NCBI GenBank assembly: GCA_963772365.1
Contig: CAVYXA010000004.1
Location: forward strand, 1-64,000
DNA from: an uncultured Verrucomicrobiae bacterium
Lineage (GTDB): Bacteria; Verrucomicrobiota; Verrucomicrobiia; Chthoniobacterales; UBA10450
Reading direction: 5' to 3'
Length of the DNA stretch: 64,000 nt
The translations under genes were made by a program, and so were the position numbers. Under the pieces are notes generated by a model that worked only from the letters and a program-made list of their open reading frames with translations, searched no databases and had not been told where the DNA came from. Every line of letters begins with the position of its first letter. The stretch's first letter is position 1. This document shows, piece by piece, positions 31,727-41,827 of this stretch.

Positions 31727-33532
31727 ATGAAAAACATCGCCCCCGCTATTTCGCCGCCTGCCGGCATCGGCGATGCCAAGCCTGAGAATCGGGCAGTGCT
31801 CGATTGGGTGCATCAAGTTCAGGCTCTCACGAAGCCGGAAAACATTTTTTGGTGTGACGGCTCGGAGCGCGAGCGCGAGTTTTTACTTGATCAAGCGTGC
31901 CGGGAGAACGTCTTGATCAAACTGAACCAGGAAAAAGTTCCGCGCTCCTATCTGCACCGCTCGAATCCGAATGATGTCGCCAGGGTCGAGCAATTCACTT
32001 TCATTTGTACGCCGACCAAAGAGGAAGCCGGACCGACTAATAATTGGTCTGCGCCGGATGAGACCTACACCAAGCTGCATGTTTTGCTCAAAGACGCGAT
32101 GCGCGGGCGCACCATGTTCGTCATCCCCTACATCATGGGCGCACCCGATTCGCCGCTCACCAAGGTTGGGTTCGAAATCACGGATTCCATTTATGTCGTG
32201 CTCAGTATGCGGATCATGACCCGCATGGGCAAGATCGCGCTCGAGCGCCTCGGCAGCGATCAAAAGGCGGAATGGAATCGCGGCGTACATTCACTCCTCG
32301 ATGTCGATCCTGCTCGCCGGTTCATCTGTCATTTCCCGCAGGACAACGCCATCATCTCGGTCGGCTCCGGTTATGGCGGCAATGTTTTATTGAGCAAGAA
32401 ATGCCTGGCGCTGCGAATCGGATCGTATCTGGCGCGGAAACAAGGGTGGATGGCGGAACACATGTTAATTCTGGGAGTCGAATCACCCGATGGAAAAAAA
32501 CATTATGTGGCCGCCGCATTTCCCAGTGCCTGCGGCAAGACCAATTTCGCGATGCTCATTCCGCCCGCGCACTTCAAAGGCTGGAAAGTCACAACGGTCG
32601 GCGACGACATAGCCTGGATGCAAATTCGCAATGGCCGGCTTTGCGCGGTCAATCCCGAGAACGGATATTTCGGCGTCGTGCCGGGCACGAATTGCAAGTC
32701 GAATCCGAATGCGATGGAAACGATCTCCCACGATTCCATTTATACGAACGTCGCTCTGACAGATGACGGCGACGTTTGGTGGGAGGGAAAGGACGGCGCG
32801 CCGCCTGCGCATGCCAAAGACTGGCGGGGTAACGATTGGACGCCTGCCTCGAAAGAAAAATCTGCACATCCAAATTCGCGGTTCACCACACCCGTGGCAA
32901 ACAATCCCGTGTTAGATCCTGATTTCGACAAAGGCGAAGGCGTGCCGATCAGTGCGATCATATTCGGCGGTCGCCGGAGCACGACCGTGCCGCTGGTTTA
33001 TCAAGCGTTAGATTGGAACCATGGCGTTTATCTCGGTGCGACCATGGCTTCGGAAACCACGGCCGCCGCCACTGGGGCGGTTGGCCAGGTCCGCCGCGAT
33101 CCCATGGCGATGTTGCCGTTTTGCGGATACAACATTGGCGATTATTTCCAACATTGGATCGACATCGGGAAACGTTTAACAAATCCGCCGCTCATCTTTA
33201 ACGTAAATTGGTTCCGCAAAGGCGTGAAAGGACAGTTCCTTTGGCCCGGTTTCGGCGAAAACATGCGAGTGCTCGAATGGATCATCGATCGATGCGAAGA
33301 CCGTGGCGGCGCCGTCAAATCCCCGATTGGCTGGTTACCGAGCCCGCATGATCTCGACCTGGACGGACTGGACATCGATCATAAATGCGTTGCCGAAATT
33401 CTCGGGATCGATCACGAAGAATGGCAGCGCGAGCTCGACCAGCACAAAAAGTTTTTCGATTCGCTCGGCGGTGTTGTGCCGGAAGAGCTGCACAAACAGT
33501 GCGAGCAACTGGCCGCGCGATTTAAGGCATAG
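31727..33532 (+). CDS. pckG: GTP-dependent phosphoenolpyruvate carboxykinase
   Basis: DVARVE, GSGYGGN, AFPSACGKTN, VGDDIAW, DPMAMLPFCGY. Confidence 0.97.
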   Translation: MKNIAPAISPPAGIGDAKPENRAVLDWVHQVQALTKPENIFWCDGSEREREFLLDQACRENVLIKLNQEKVPRSYLHRSNPNDVARVEQFTFICTPTKEEAGPTNNWSAPDETYTKLHVLLKDAMRGRTMFVIPYIMGAPDSPLTKVGFEITDSIYVVLSMRIMTRMGKIALERLGSDQKAEWNRGVHSLLDVDPARRFICHFPQDNAIISVGSGYGGNVLLSKKCLALRIGSYLARKQGWMAEHMLILGVESPDGKKHYVAAAFPSACGKTNFAMLIPPAHFKGWKVTTVGDDIAWMQIRNGRLCAVNPENGYFGVVPGTNCKSNPNAMETISHDSIYTNVALTDDGDVWWEGKDGAPPAHAKDWRGNDWTPASKEKSAHPNSRFTTPVANNPVLDPDFDKGEGVPISAIIFGGRRSTTVPLVYQALDWNHGVYLGATMASETTAAATGAVGQVRRDPMAMLPFCGYNIGDYFQHWIDIGKRLTNPPLIFNVNWFRKGVKGQFLWPGFGENMRVLEWIIDRCEDRGGAVKSPIGWLPSPHDLDLDGLDIDHKCVAEILGIDHEEWQRELDQHKKFFDSLGGVVPEELHKQCEQLAARFKA

Positions 33533-33582
33533 AATGCTTGAGCTAAATTTGCGAATCAGATCGCCTTCTGAAATAATCATTA

Positions 33583-36500
33583 GTGGGTTCGAAGGCTCGC
33601 GGAAAAGAATGTGTTACTGCGCCGTTTGAGACGGGCTGCGTAGAGGTTCGTGGCGCGCGTCAGAACAATCTGAAGGGGATCAATGTCGATCTTCCGCTGG
33701 GGAGATTGACCGTCGTTACCGGCCCGAGCGGTTCCGGAAAATCGAGTCTCGCCTTCGAAACGATTTACGCCGAGGGCCAGCGCCGTTACGTCGAAACGTT
33801 CAGCCCGTACATGCGGCAATTCCTCGATCGCATGGATAAGCCGCGCGTGGACGACATCCGTGGCATCCCGCCAGCAATCGCCATTGAGCAGTCGAACCCT
33901 GTCAAGACATCGCGCTCGACGGTCGGCACGATGACGGAGATCAACGATTATGTAAAGCTGTTCTGGCCGCGCGTGGCTAAGGCGTTTTGCCCAAGCTGCG
34001 GTCGCGAAATCCGCCCGGAGACGGCGAGATCGATCGCGGATGAAATCTTTCGCGTGTTCGGAAGCGACCCTCAACTCAATCCTCTCCGTGGCCAGGGAGA
34101 GGAAGTCGCGAAGCGACAGGTCAGGATTGAATCGAACGCTCTGCCCGGGACCGTGCTTATCACCTTCTGGGTCTCAGTTCCCGCAAAAACTGAACCGAAG
34201 AAATTCTTCGGATTTCTCCAGCAGCAAGGTTATCTGCGCGTCTGGATCGACGACCAAATCGTCCGGGTAGATGTCGAGCCAAAGAAGACGCTGCGGCTCG
34301 GCGCGCGGGTTCAGGTCGTTCAGGATCGGATCGCGATCACAGCTGAAAATCGCGCACGTCTCATCGAAGCGATCGAGACTGCGCTTCGGTTTGGTAAGGG
34401 AAAGCTCAATGTAATTCCGCTCGGTTCTGCTCCTCATCCCTCATCCCTCATCCCTTATCCTTTCTCGACCGGCTGGCATTGCGCGCATTGCGATCTGGAT
34501 ATCCGTCCGCCGACTCCCGGTCTGTTCAGCTTTAACAATCCGCTTGGCGCGTGTCCCGAATGTCGCGGATTCGGTAGAACGATTACGATCGACCTGAACA
34601 AAGCGATCCCGGATCGCTCTTTGTCAATCAAACAAGGCGCAGTCCGCGTTTTTCGCGGTAACGAATTTGGCGAATCGCAAAAAGATTTGCTCCGGGCCTG
34701 CGCGCGAGAAGAGATCGATGTCTATCTTCCCTTCGAGGAATTACCCAAGGCAGATCAAACTTTCGTGATCGAAGGGGAAAAGCGCTCCGGTGAATATACC
34801 GACGAAGATTACGAGAACGACCGCTGGTACGGGGTGCGCGGTTTTTTCCGCTGGCTCGAAGCGCAGACCTATAAGATGCACATGCGAGTCTTGCTTAGCC
34901 GCTATCGGGCTTACACGACATGCCCAAGCTGCAACGGCGGACGGTTTCAACCGGATGCGCTCAATTACAAACTCGCCGCTGTAGCGGCGGTCTATGGCCG
35001 TCGCAAACTTTCCTCTGAAGACGGAGACGCTCATAAAGCGCCGCTACAGCTAGCTCTTCCCGACTTTACAGCGCTTTCGATCTCTGATGCGCAGGATTTC
35101 TTGGCGAAGATCGACATCAACCATAGCGATTCGACCGCGCAAATGCTGCACGGTGAGATTTGCGCACGGTTGAATTACTTGTGCGAAGTCGGTGTCGGTT
35201 ATCTCACGCTAGATCGATCCACCCGCACATTGAGTGGCGGCGAAGTGCAACGGGTCAATCTGACAACCTGTCTCGGCGCCTCGTTGGTCAACACGCTTTT
35301 CGTCATGGATGAACCGAGCGTGGGATTGCATCCGCGCGATGTTGGTCGGCTCGTCCGCGTGATGCACAATTTACGAGACAAAGGCAACACACTGCTGGTA
35401 GTCGAACACGAAGAGCAGATCATCCGAGCGGCCGATAACTTGATCGACATCGGCCCGGGTCGCGGGGAACGCGGGGGCGAATTGGTTTACACTGGAACGT
35501 TGGATGAATTTGTAGGGCAGGCGCTCCGCCTGCCGAACTTAAGAATGGCAAGCGATGCGCTTGCTCTACAATCGCGTTCGCTCACGGCCGATTATTTGAG
35601 CGGTCGCAAATCGATTCCCGTTCCGAAGAAACGGCGGAGATCGAAATCGTCGATCAAGATCGCCGGCGCGCCGAGCACAATCTCAAGAACATCGAGGTCG
35701 ACCTTCCGTTAGGCATTTTCACCTGTGTGACTGGCGTGTCGGGCTCCGGAAAATCGACACTGATCCACGATGTGCTTTATCGAAATCTGCTCATCGCCAA
35801 GGGCCAAACGTCCGACCAGCAAGCCGGCGCCTGCAAATCGGTGACCGGCGCGCATCGGATCGATGAACTCATCATGGTCGATCAATCTCCGCTGGCCCGC
35901 ACGCCGCGTTCGACTCCGATTCTTTATCTCGGTCTTTACGATCGGGTCCGCGAATTATTCGCCACCCAACCGGAAGCGATGGCCCAGGGACTTACCGCCA
36001 GCGCGTTCTCATTCAATTCTGGCGGCGGGCGTTGCGAACGTTGTTCCGGCACCGGCTTCGAAAAGATCGAGATGCAATTCCTGAGCGATCTCTATGTGCG
36101 TTGCGCGGAGTGTGAAGGCAAACGATTCCAGCCCCATGTGCTGAAAGTGAAACTGCACGGCAAATCGATTCACAACGTGCTGGAACTTACCGTCACCGAA
36201 GCTATTCAGTTCTTTGCCCAAATCGGCGAACTGAAAACGCTATCCGAGCCGCTCGATGTGCTCGAGGAGGTAGGACTCGGTTATCTCAAATTGGGGCAAC
36301 CTCTCAACACTTTGAGCGGCGGCGAATCGCAGCGATTGAAGCTGGTGCGGCATCTCTCAGAAAACGCCGAGCACCCAACGCCTAACGTGGAACGCGGAAA
36401 CGGAGAAGGAATTGGCAATCTGTTTATCTTCGACGAACCAACGACCGGTTTGCATTTTGATGATGTCGCGATGTTGCTGAAACTATTTCAGCGCTTGGTG

Positions 36501-39476
36501 GATGCCGGGCATTCCATCGTCGTAATCGAACACAATCTGGAAGTGATTAAATGCGCGGATTGGATCATCGATCTTGGACCCGAGGCTGGCGATGACGGCG
36601 GCGATGTCGTGGCGACAGGCACACCGGAGCAAGTAGCGAAGATCGAGAAGTCGCATACCGGAAGATTTCTTAACCGTGTCATCTCGAGCGAAGCGAAGCG
36701 CAGTCGAGAGATCCCGCAACGATATCAAACCGTTACTGCCCCGGGATCACCGGGCTTCGGTCAGAATGACAACATTGAATTTGCCCGAGCGGCGGAAATA
36801 TCGCCGCGTTTCCAGGCGAATGGCTCGACAGGGGCGATCGCGATTCACGGGGCGCGCGAGCACAACCTGAAAAACATCGACATCAAAATCCCGCGCGATC
36901 AGATGGTCGTGATCACGGGTTTGAGTGGCTCCGGTAAATCGACGCTCGCGTTTGACATCTTGTTAGCCGAAGGACAGCGCCGCTTTCTGGACAGCATGTC
37001 GCCTTATGCGCGTCAGTTTGTCGAACAACTCGAGAAACCCGATGTCGATCTTGTTGAGGGCTTACCACCCAGCGTCGCGATCGAACAGCGCGTCACCCGC
37101 GGTGGTGGGAAATCAACCGTGGCTACGGTGACGGAAGTTTATCATTTCCTCCGATTGTTGTTTGCCAAGACGGGGACACAGTTTTGTCCCGACTGCGATT
37201 TGCCGGTCGAAAAACAAAGCCTGGCTGCGATCGTGAGGCAGGTGGAGACGGCGGTCCGGCGGCGGCCGGACGGGCCGCTGAAAGTGCTTGCGCCGTTGGT
37301 CAAGGCTCGCAAAGGTTTTCACACCGACGTGGCGCGTTGGGCGGAGAGACAGGGATTCGATACGCTGTATGTCGATGGTACGCTGCTGCCCGTCACGCAG
37401 TTTCGGAAGCTCGAGCGATTCAAGGAGCACACCATTGATGTCGTCGTTGGCGTTATCGATGCCAAACGAATTTTGAAATCGCGCAATCTGACGCAGCGCG
37501 CGCTCGATATCGGTCGCGGCACGGCGCACCTGCTGGATGCGAAAAATCGCCTCACGGTGATGAGCACGGAGATGAGCTGTCCCGGATGCGGGCGGGCGTT
37601 TGAAGAACTCGATCCGCGTTTGTTCTCGTTCAACTCGCCTCACGGCGCGTGCGAAGAGTGTGGCGGGTTTGGCGAAATTTGGAACCAGGATTTGCAGACG
37701 GGCCAAAGCGACGATGGTGAATCCGCTCTCGAGAATGAGCTAGTGGCCGAGCGCGAATCGGAATGGATCGACGAAGAAGAAGCGCGCGAGTGCCCGAGCT
37801 GTCACGGCTCGCGCTTGAACGAAGTTGCTCGCCATGTGCGGGTGCAGGGATGCACTATCGACGATTTCACAAATCTTTCGGCCAGCGAAGCTGCGCGTAA
37901 GATCGACAAGCTGAAATTTCACGGAACACAAAAAACTATCGCATCGGAATTATTGCCGGAAATTCGGCAAAGGCTGCGATTCATGGAAAACGTCGGGCTC
38001 GGTTATCTCGCGCTGGGGCGATCGGCCAAGACCTTGAGCGGCGGCGAATCGCAACGCATCCGTCTGGCTGCGCAGCTTGGGTCGAATCTGCGCGGTGTAC
38101 TTTACGTGCTCGATGAACCCACGATCGGTCTGCATCCACGAGACAATCTGCGCTTGCTCGAAACGCTCATCGCGTTGCGAAAAAAGGGAAACTCGCTTGT
38201 GATTGTCGAGCACGACGAAGAAACAATGCGGCGCGCCGATCACATTGTCGATCTTGGGCCGCGGGCGGGAATCCATGGCGGCGAGGTCGTAGTGAGCGGA
38301 ACGTTGCGAGACATCGAGCGGGCGAAAAATTCCGAGACCGGGCGCTGTTTGAAAACGCCGCTTTGTCATCCAATTCGCAAATCGCGACGGTCGCTGCGCA
38401 CGGTCGAGAACTGGATCGAGATTCGAAAGGCGCGCGTCAATAATCTGAAAGATGTTGATGTTCGGTTCCCAGTGGGACGCTTATCGGTCATTACCGGAAT
38501 TTCCGGCTCCGGGAAATCGACTTTGATGCACGATGTGATCTGGCCCGCTGTGCGCGATGAATTGGAAGCGAAAAAGCGCGGCGGCAATGGCGACTTGTTC
38601 AAACTTGTCAGCGGCGCGACCGAGATCGAAGCCGTTTACGAAGTCGATCAATCGCCCATCGGCAAAACGTCGCGCTCGACCCCGGGCACGTACATCAAAG
38701 TGTTCGATGAGATTCGAAACCTTTACGCTCAACTCCCTGTCTCGCGCGTCCGCGGTTATTCAGCCAGCCGCTTTTCGTTTAATGCCGAAGGCGGCCGTTG
38801 CGAAGCGTGCAAAGGGCAGGGCGTGATCAAGCTGGAGATGAATTTTCTGCCGAATGCGCTGGTGCCGTGTGAGGAATGCGGCGGGCGCCGCTACAATCCG
38901 CAAACGCTCGAAGTTCTCTACAACGAAAAATCGATTGGTGACGTAATGGAGATGACGATTGAAGAAGCGGCGCAATTTTTCTCGGCGCATCCAAAGATTG
39001 CGCGGTCGCTCGATTTGTTAGTCGAAACCGGTCTTGGTTATCTCAAGCTCGGCCAACCGAGCCCGACCTTGAGCGGTGGTGAAGCGCAGCGCCTCAAGTT
39101 GGTCACACAGCTCAAACGCGGAGTGAATCGCGCCGCCAACGAGCGGATCCGGAAAATGCGGAAACCGGGATCGACATTATATTTGCTGGAGGAACCAACC
39201 ATCGGCCTTCACATGGCCGACGTGGAATTATTGCTCAACGTGTTGCATCGCCTCGTCGATGAAGGGAACACCGTAATCGTGATCGAGCACAATCTCAGCG
39301 TGATCGCCGAGGCTGATTACATTGTCGATCTTGGACCGGAAGCGGGAGCAGAGGGCGGCGAAATCGTCGCAACGGGCACGCCGGAAGAAGTGTCCAAAAA
39401 TCGAATCAGCCGCACAGCACCGTTCTTGCGAGAAATCTTGAAATCATCACGCACCAAAACAGCGGTGTCATCCTGA
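33583..39476 (+). CDS. uvrA: Double-length excinuclease ABC subunit A (two fused UvrA units); 1-nt frameshift near 35670; several in-frame repeat insertions
   Basis: Four Walker A motifs (GPSGSGKS, GVSGSGKS, GLSGSGKS, GISGSGKS), LSGGE signatures, zinc fingers; the junction GA(fs)EHNLKNI joins ORFs 33583-35712 and 35727-39476. Confidence 0.93.
34063..34125 (+). repeat. Family A element in frame in uvrA
   Basis: AGCGACCCTCAACTCAATCCTCTCCGTGGCCAGGGAGAGG..., close match to the intergenic copy at 41333. Confidence 0.88.
34432..34459 (+). repeat. Heptamer tandem repeat (CCTCATC)x3 + CCTTATC in uvrA
   Basis: Directly visible; encodes PHPSSLIPYP. Confidence 0.85.
34979..35049. repeat. Family B REP doublet in frame in uvrA
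   Basis: CTGTAGCGGCGGTCTATGGCCGTCG...GCGCCGCTACAG. Confidence 0.85.
35510..35571. repeat. GTAG-type REP doublet (family C) in frame in uvrA
   Basis: TTGTAGGGCAGGCGCTCCGCCTGCC...GGCAAGCGATGCGCTTGCTCTACAA. Confidence 0.8.
36363..36397 (+). repeat. Degenerate heptamer tandem repeat (AACGNNN) in uvrA
   Basis: AACGCCG AGCACCC AACGCCT AACGTGG AACGCGG. Confidence 0.6.
36677..36771. repeat. Family D element in frame in the linker between the two UvrA units
   Basis: TGTCATCTCGAGCGAAGCGAAGCGCAGTCGAGAGATCCC...GGGATC...GAATGACA. Confidence 0.82.
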
Positions 39477-39558
39477 GCGAAGCGAAGCGGAGTCGAAGGA
39501 TCCCGCGAAACCGCGATGGAGCTTTGCCACGGGATTCCTCGACTTCACTCGGAATGAC
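39467..39558. repeat. Family D element supplying the uvrA stop codon
   Basis: GTCATCCTGAGCGAAGCGAAGCGGAGTCGAAGGATCCC...GGGATTCCTCGACTTCACTCGGAATGAC. Confidence 0.88.
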
Positions 39559-39573
39559 GGCGAAGATTTCGCC

Positions 39574-40512
39574 GTGTTCGCCTATTACATCCACGATCTC
39601 GACCCGATCATTTTCCGGATTTACGACAACGTCGGGCCACGTTGGTATGGGCTGGCTTACGTGCTGGCGTTCATCTGCGGCTACGTTTTGCTGCGCGTGC
39701 TGTCGAAAATGGGCTACGCAGATTTGCCGGTCGCGAAGGTCGGCGATTTCATCACCGGTTGCGCGCTCTTCGGCGTGATCATCGGCGGCCGGCTTGGTTA
39801 CGTTTTTTTCTACCGGCCGGAAATGCTGCGCGAGCCGTTGTCGATCCTGAAAGTCTGGGAAGGCGGGATGTCCGCACATGGCGGAATGATCGGCGTGTTG
39901 CTGTTCGCACTCTACTTTGCGCACCGCCAAAAGATTTCGTGGCTGAATCTCGGCGATAATCTCGTGGTGACCGCCCCCCTCGGTTTGTTCTTTGGCAGGT
40001 GCGCGAATTTCATCAACGGCGAACTTTACGGTCGGGCCGCAACTGTTCCGTGGGCAATGCAATTTCCCAAGGAACTTCTCGATCATCCGACGGAAGCCAA
40101 CCGCGCGATTTCCGCTGCGATGAAAATTGATCCGACGCTGAGCACGCCGGAAGCCGTCATCGTAGCCATTCATCGGCAACCGCAGCTGAAAGAAGCATTG
40201 CGCTCCATTCTGACTCCGCGCCATCCATCGCAGCTCTATGAAGCTTTCTTTGAAGGCATCGTTCTGTTCGCGATCCTCTGGCTCGTTCGGACGCGAACAC
40301 ATCAACCGAACGGCGTTCTGACCGGCTTATTTTTTATCTGTTACGCTGTTTTCCGGATCGTGATCGAATATTTCCGGGAACCGGATGCAGCATTGATTGC
40401 TGGTTTCACGCGCGGACAATTCTTTTCGTTTTTTCTAATCGCGATCGGGACCGCATTTATTGTAGCAGCCAAAACGCGACCCACATTTCTGAAGAAATTG
40501 ATTCCGGATTAG
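39574..40512 (+). CDS. lgt: Prolipoprotein diacylglyceryl transferase
   Basis: RWYGLAY, GGRLGY, GGMS.HGG, GRCANFINGELYGR, RHPSQLYE. Confidence 0.96.
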   Translation: MFAYYIHDLDPIIFRIYDNVGPRWYGLAYVLAFICGYVLLRVLSKMGYADLPVAKVGDFITGCALFGVIIGGRLGYVFFYRPEMLREPLSILKVWEGGMSAHGGMIGVLLFALYFAHRQKISWLNLGDNLVVTAPLGLFFGRCANFINGELYGRAATVPWAMQFPKELLDHPTEANRAISAAMKIDPTLSTPEAVIVAIHRQPQLKEALRSILTPRHPSQLYEAFFEGIVLFAILWLVRTRTHQPNGVLTGLFFICYAVFRIVIEYFREPDAALIAGFTRGQFFSFFLIAIGTAFIVAAKTRPTFLKKLIPD

Positions 40513-40557
40513 ACATTCGTCATTCGTCCTTTATTAGTGTTCGCGGGTGATGCGCGA

Positions 40558-41313
40558 ATGTTCCTTCCAGAAATCGTAGCAGCAGGGGGCCTGCTCTTCG
40601 CATTCGATCACGCGACGATCGCAGGGAAGCTGGTTCTTCTGCTTCTGGCGATCGGGTCGATCTTTAGCTGGTCGGTCATGATCACGAAGTTGCGCGTGGT
40701 CCAGTTTGCCCGAAAACAAAACGCCCGGTTTCGTGGTGCGTTTCGACAGGATCGACAACCACTGCGGTTATTCGAAAAAAATGCGCGCTTTCCCGGCTCA
40801 CCCAATTTCAATGTTTACCGGGCTGGCTGCCAGGAAATGACGTTTCACTTGCTCGGCTCCGCCGAAGTGGACGAAACATTTAAAGCCCGTTTGGAAATCG
40901 CCGATAAAATTTCGCCCGCGCAAATGAACGCGGTCACAGCGGCAATGGAACGCGCCGTGGGCGAAACAGCGATCGCCCTCGAGTCGCAAATGATTCTTTT
41001 GGCGACGGCGGTGAGCGGCTCTCCATTTCTGGGATTGTTAGGCACCGTGTGGGGAGTGATGGATGCATTCACCGGCGTGGCCGTGGCGGGTTCGCCGAAT
41101 CTCGCTGCCATGGCTCCCGGGGTTTCCGGCGCACTTATCACCACCGTCACCGCCCTCTGCGTGGCAATCCCCGCAATGTTCGGTTACAATTTTCTCGTCA
41201 CCAGCATACGCGCGATCATTGTGGAGATGGATAATTTCGCGGCCGAGCTCGCCTCGGAGTTTGAGCACAAATATGTCGATCACGGCGCGCGCGAGCCCGC
41301 CTTCCGCAGATGA
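40558..41313 (+). CDS. tolQ: MotA/TolQ/ExbB proton channel
   Basis: SPFLGLLGTVWG.M..F, APGVSGALITT; first gene of a tolQRAB-like run. Confidence 0.85.
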   Translation: MFLPEIVAAGGLLFAFDHATIAGKLVLLLLAIGSIFSWSVMITKLRVVQFARKQNARFRGAFRQDRQPLRLFEKNARFPGSPNFNVYRAGCQEMTFHLLGSAEVDETFKARLEIADKISPAQMNAVTAAMERAVGETAIALESQMILLATAVSGSPFLGLLGTVWGVMDAFTGVAVAGSPNLAAMAPGVSGALITTVTALCVAIPAMFGYNFLVTSIRAIIVEMDNFAAELASEFEHKYVDHGAREPAFRR

Positions 41314-41332
41314 GCATCCTGATACTAACGGT

Positions 41333-41395
41333 AGCGACCCTCACCTCAGTCCTCTCCCTGGCCAGGGAGAGGCGGACGCGAAGCGCCGGTGAGGG
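41333..41395 (+). repeat. Family A element between tolQ and tolR
   Basis: ACCCTCACCTCAGTCCTCTCCCTGGCCAGGGAGAGGCGGACGCGAAGCGCCGGTGAGGG. Confidence 0.9.
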
Positions 41396-41407
41396 TGGAC
41401 CAGCACG

Positions 41408-41824
41408 ATGAGACGCTATTCACAGCGTCAGGGATTATCATCGCTCAGCGAGATCAACATCACGCCGTTGCTCGATCTGGCGTTTGTGCTGTTGATCATT
41501 TTCATGATCACCACACCGCTGCTCGAGAGCAGCATGAATCTCATCATTCCATCGAGCACTCAGCAAAATCCGACGATCAAATCTCCGGAAGTGCAGACGA
41601 TCTCGATCGATCGGGCCGAGAAGATCACGTTCAACGATCAGATTGTCGATCTTCCGACGCTCACAGCTCAATTGGTCCAACTGAAGCAGACGAATCCTGA
41701 CGTGGCTGTGGTGATTCGACCGGATCGGGACTTGCCAGTGCAGAAATTGATCGCATTGATGGACGCGTTGCAAAGCGCGCAAATCACGAAAGTAGGCATC
41801 GCCACCAAAGCTGGATCGAAATAA
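41408..41824 (+). CDS. tolR: ExbD/TolR family protein
   Basis: EINITPLLDL.FVLLIIFMITTP. Confidence 0.85.
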   Translation: MRRYSQRQGLSSLSEINITPLLDLAFVLLIIFMITTPLLESSMNLIIPSSTQQNPTIKSPEVQTISIDRAEKITFNDQIVDLPTLTAQLVQLKQTNPDVAVVIRPDRDLPVQKLIALMDALQSAQITKVGIATKAGSK

Positions 41825-41827
41825 CCG

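Noticed and set aside
33583..39476. Double-length UvrA as a novelty
   Set aside because: Fused double UvrA proteins are already known, for example in Chlamydiae; only the inserts are unusual.
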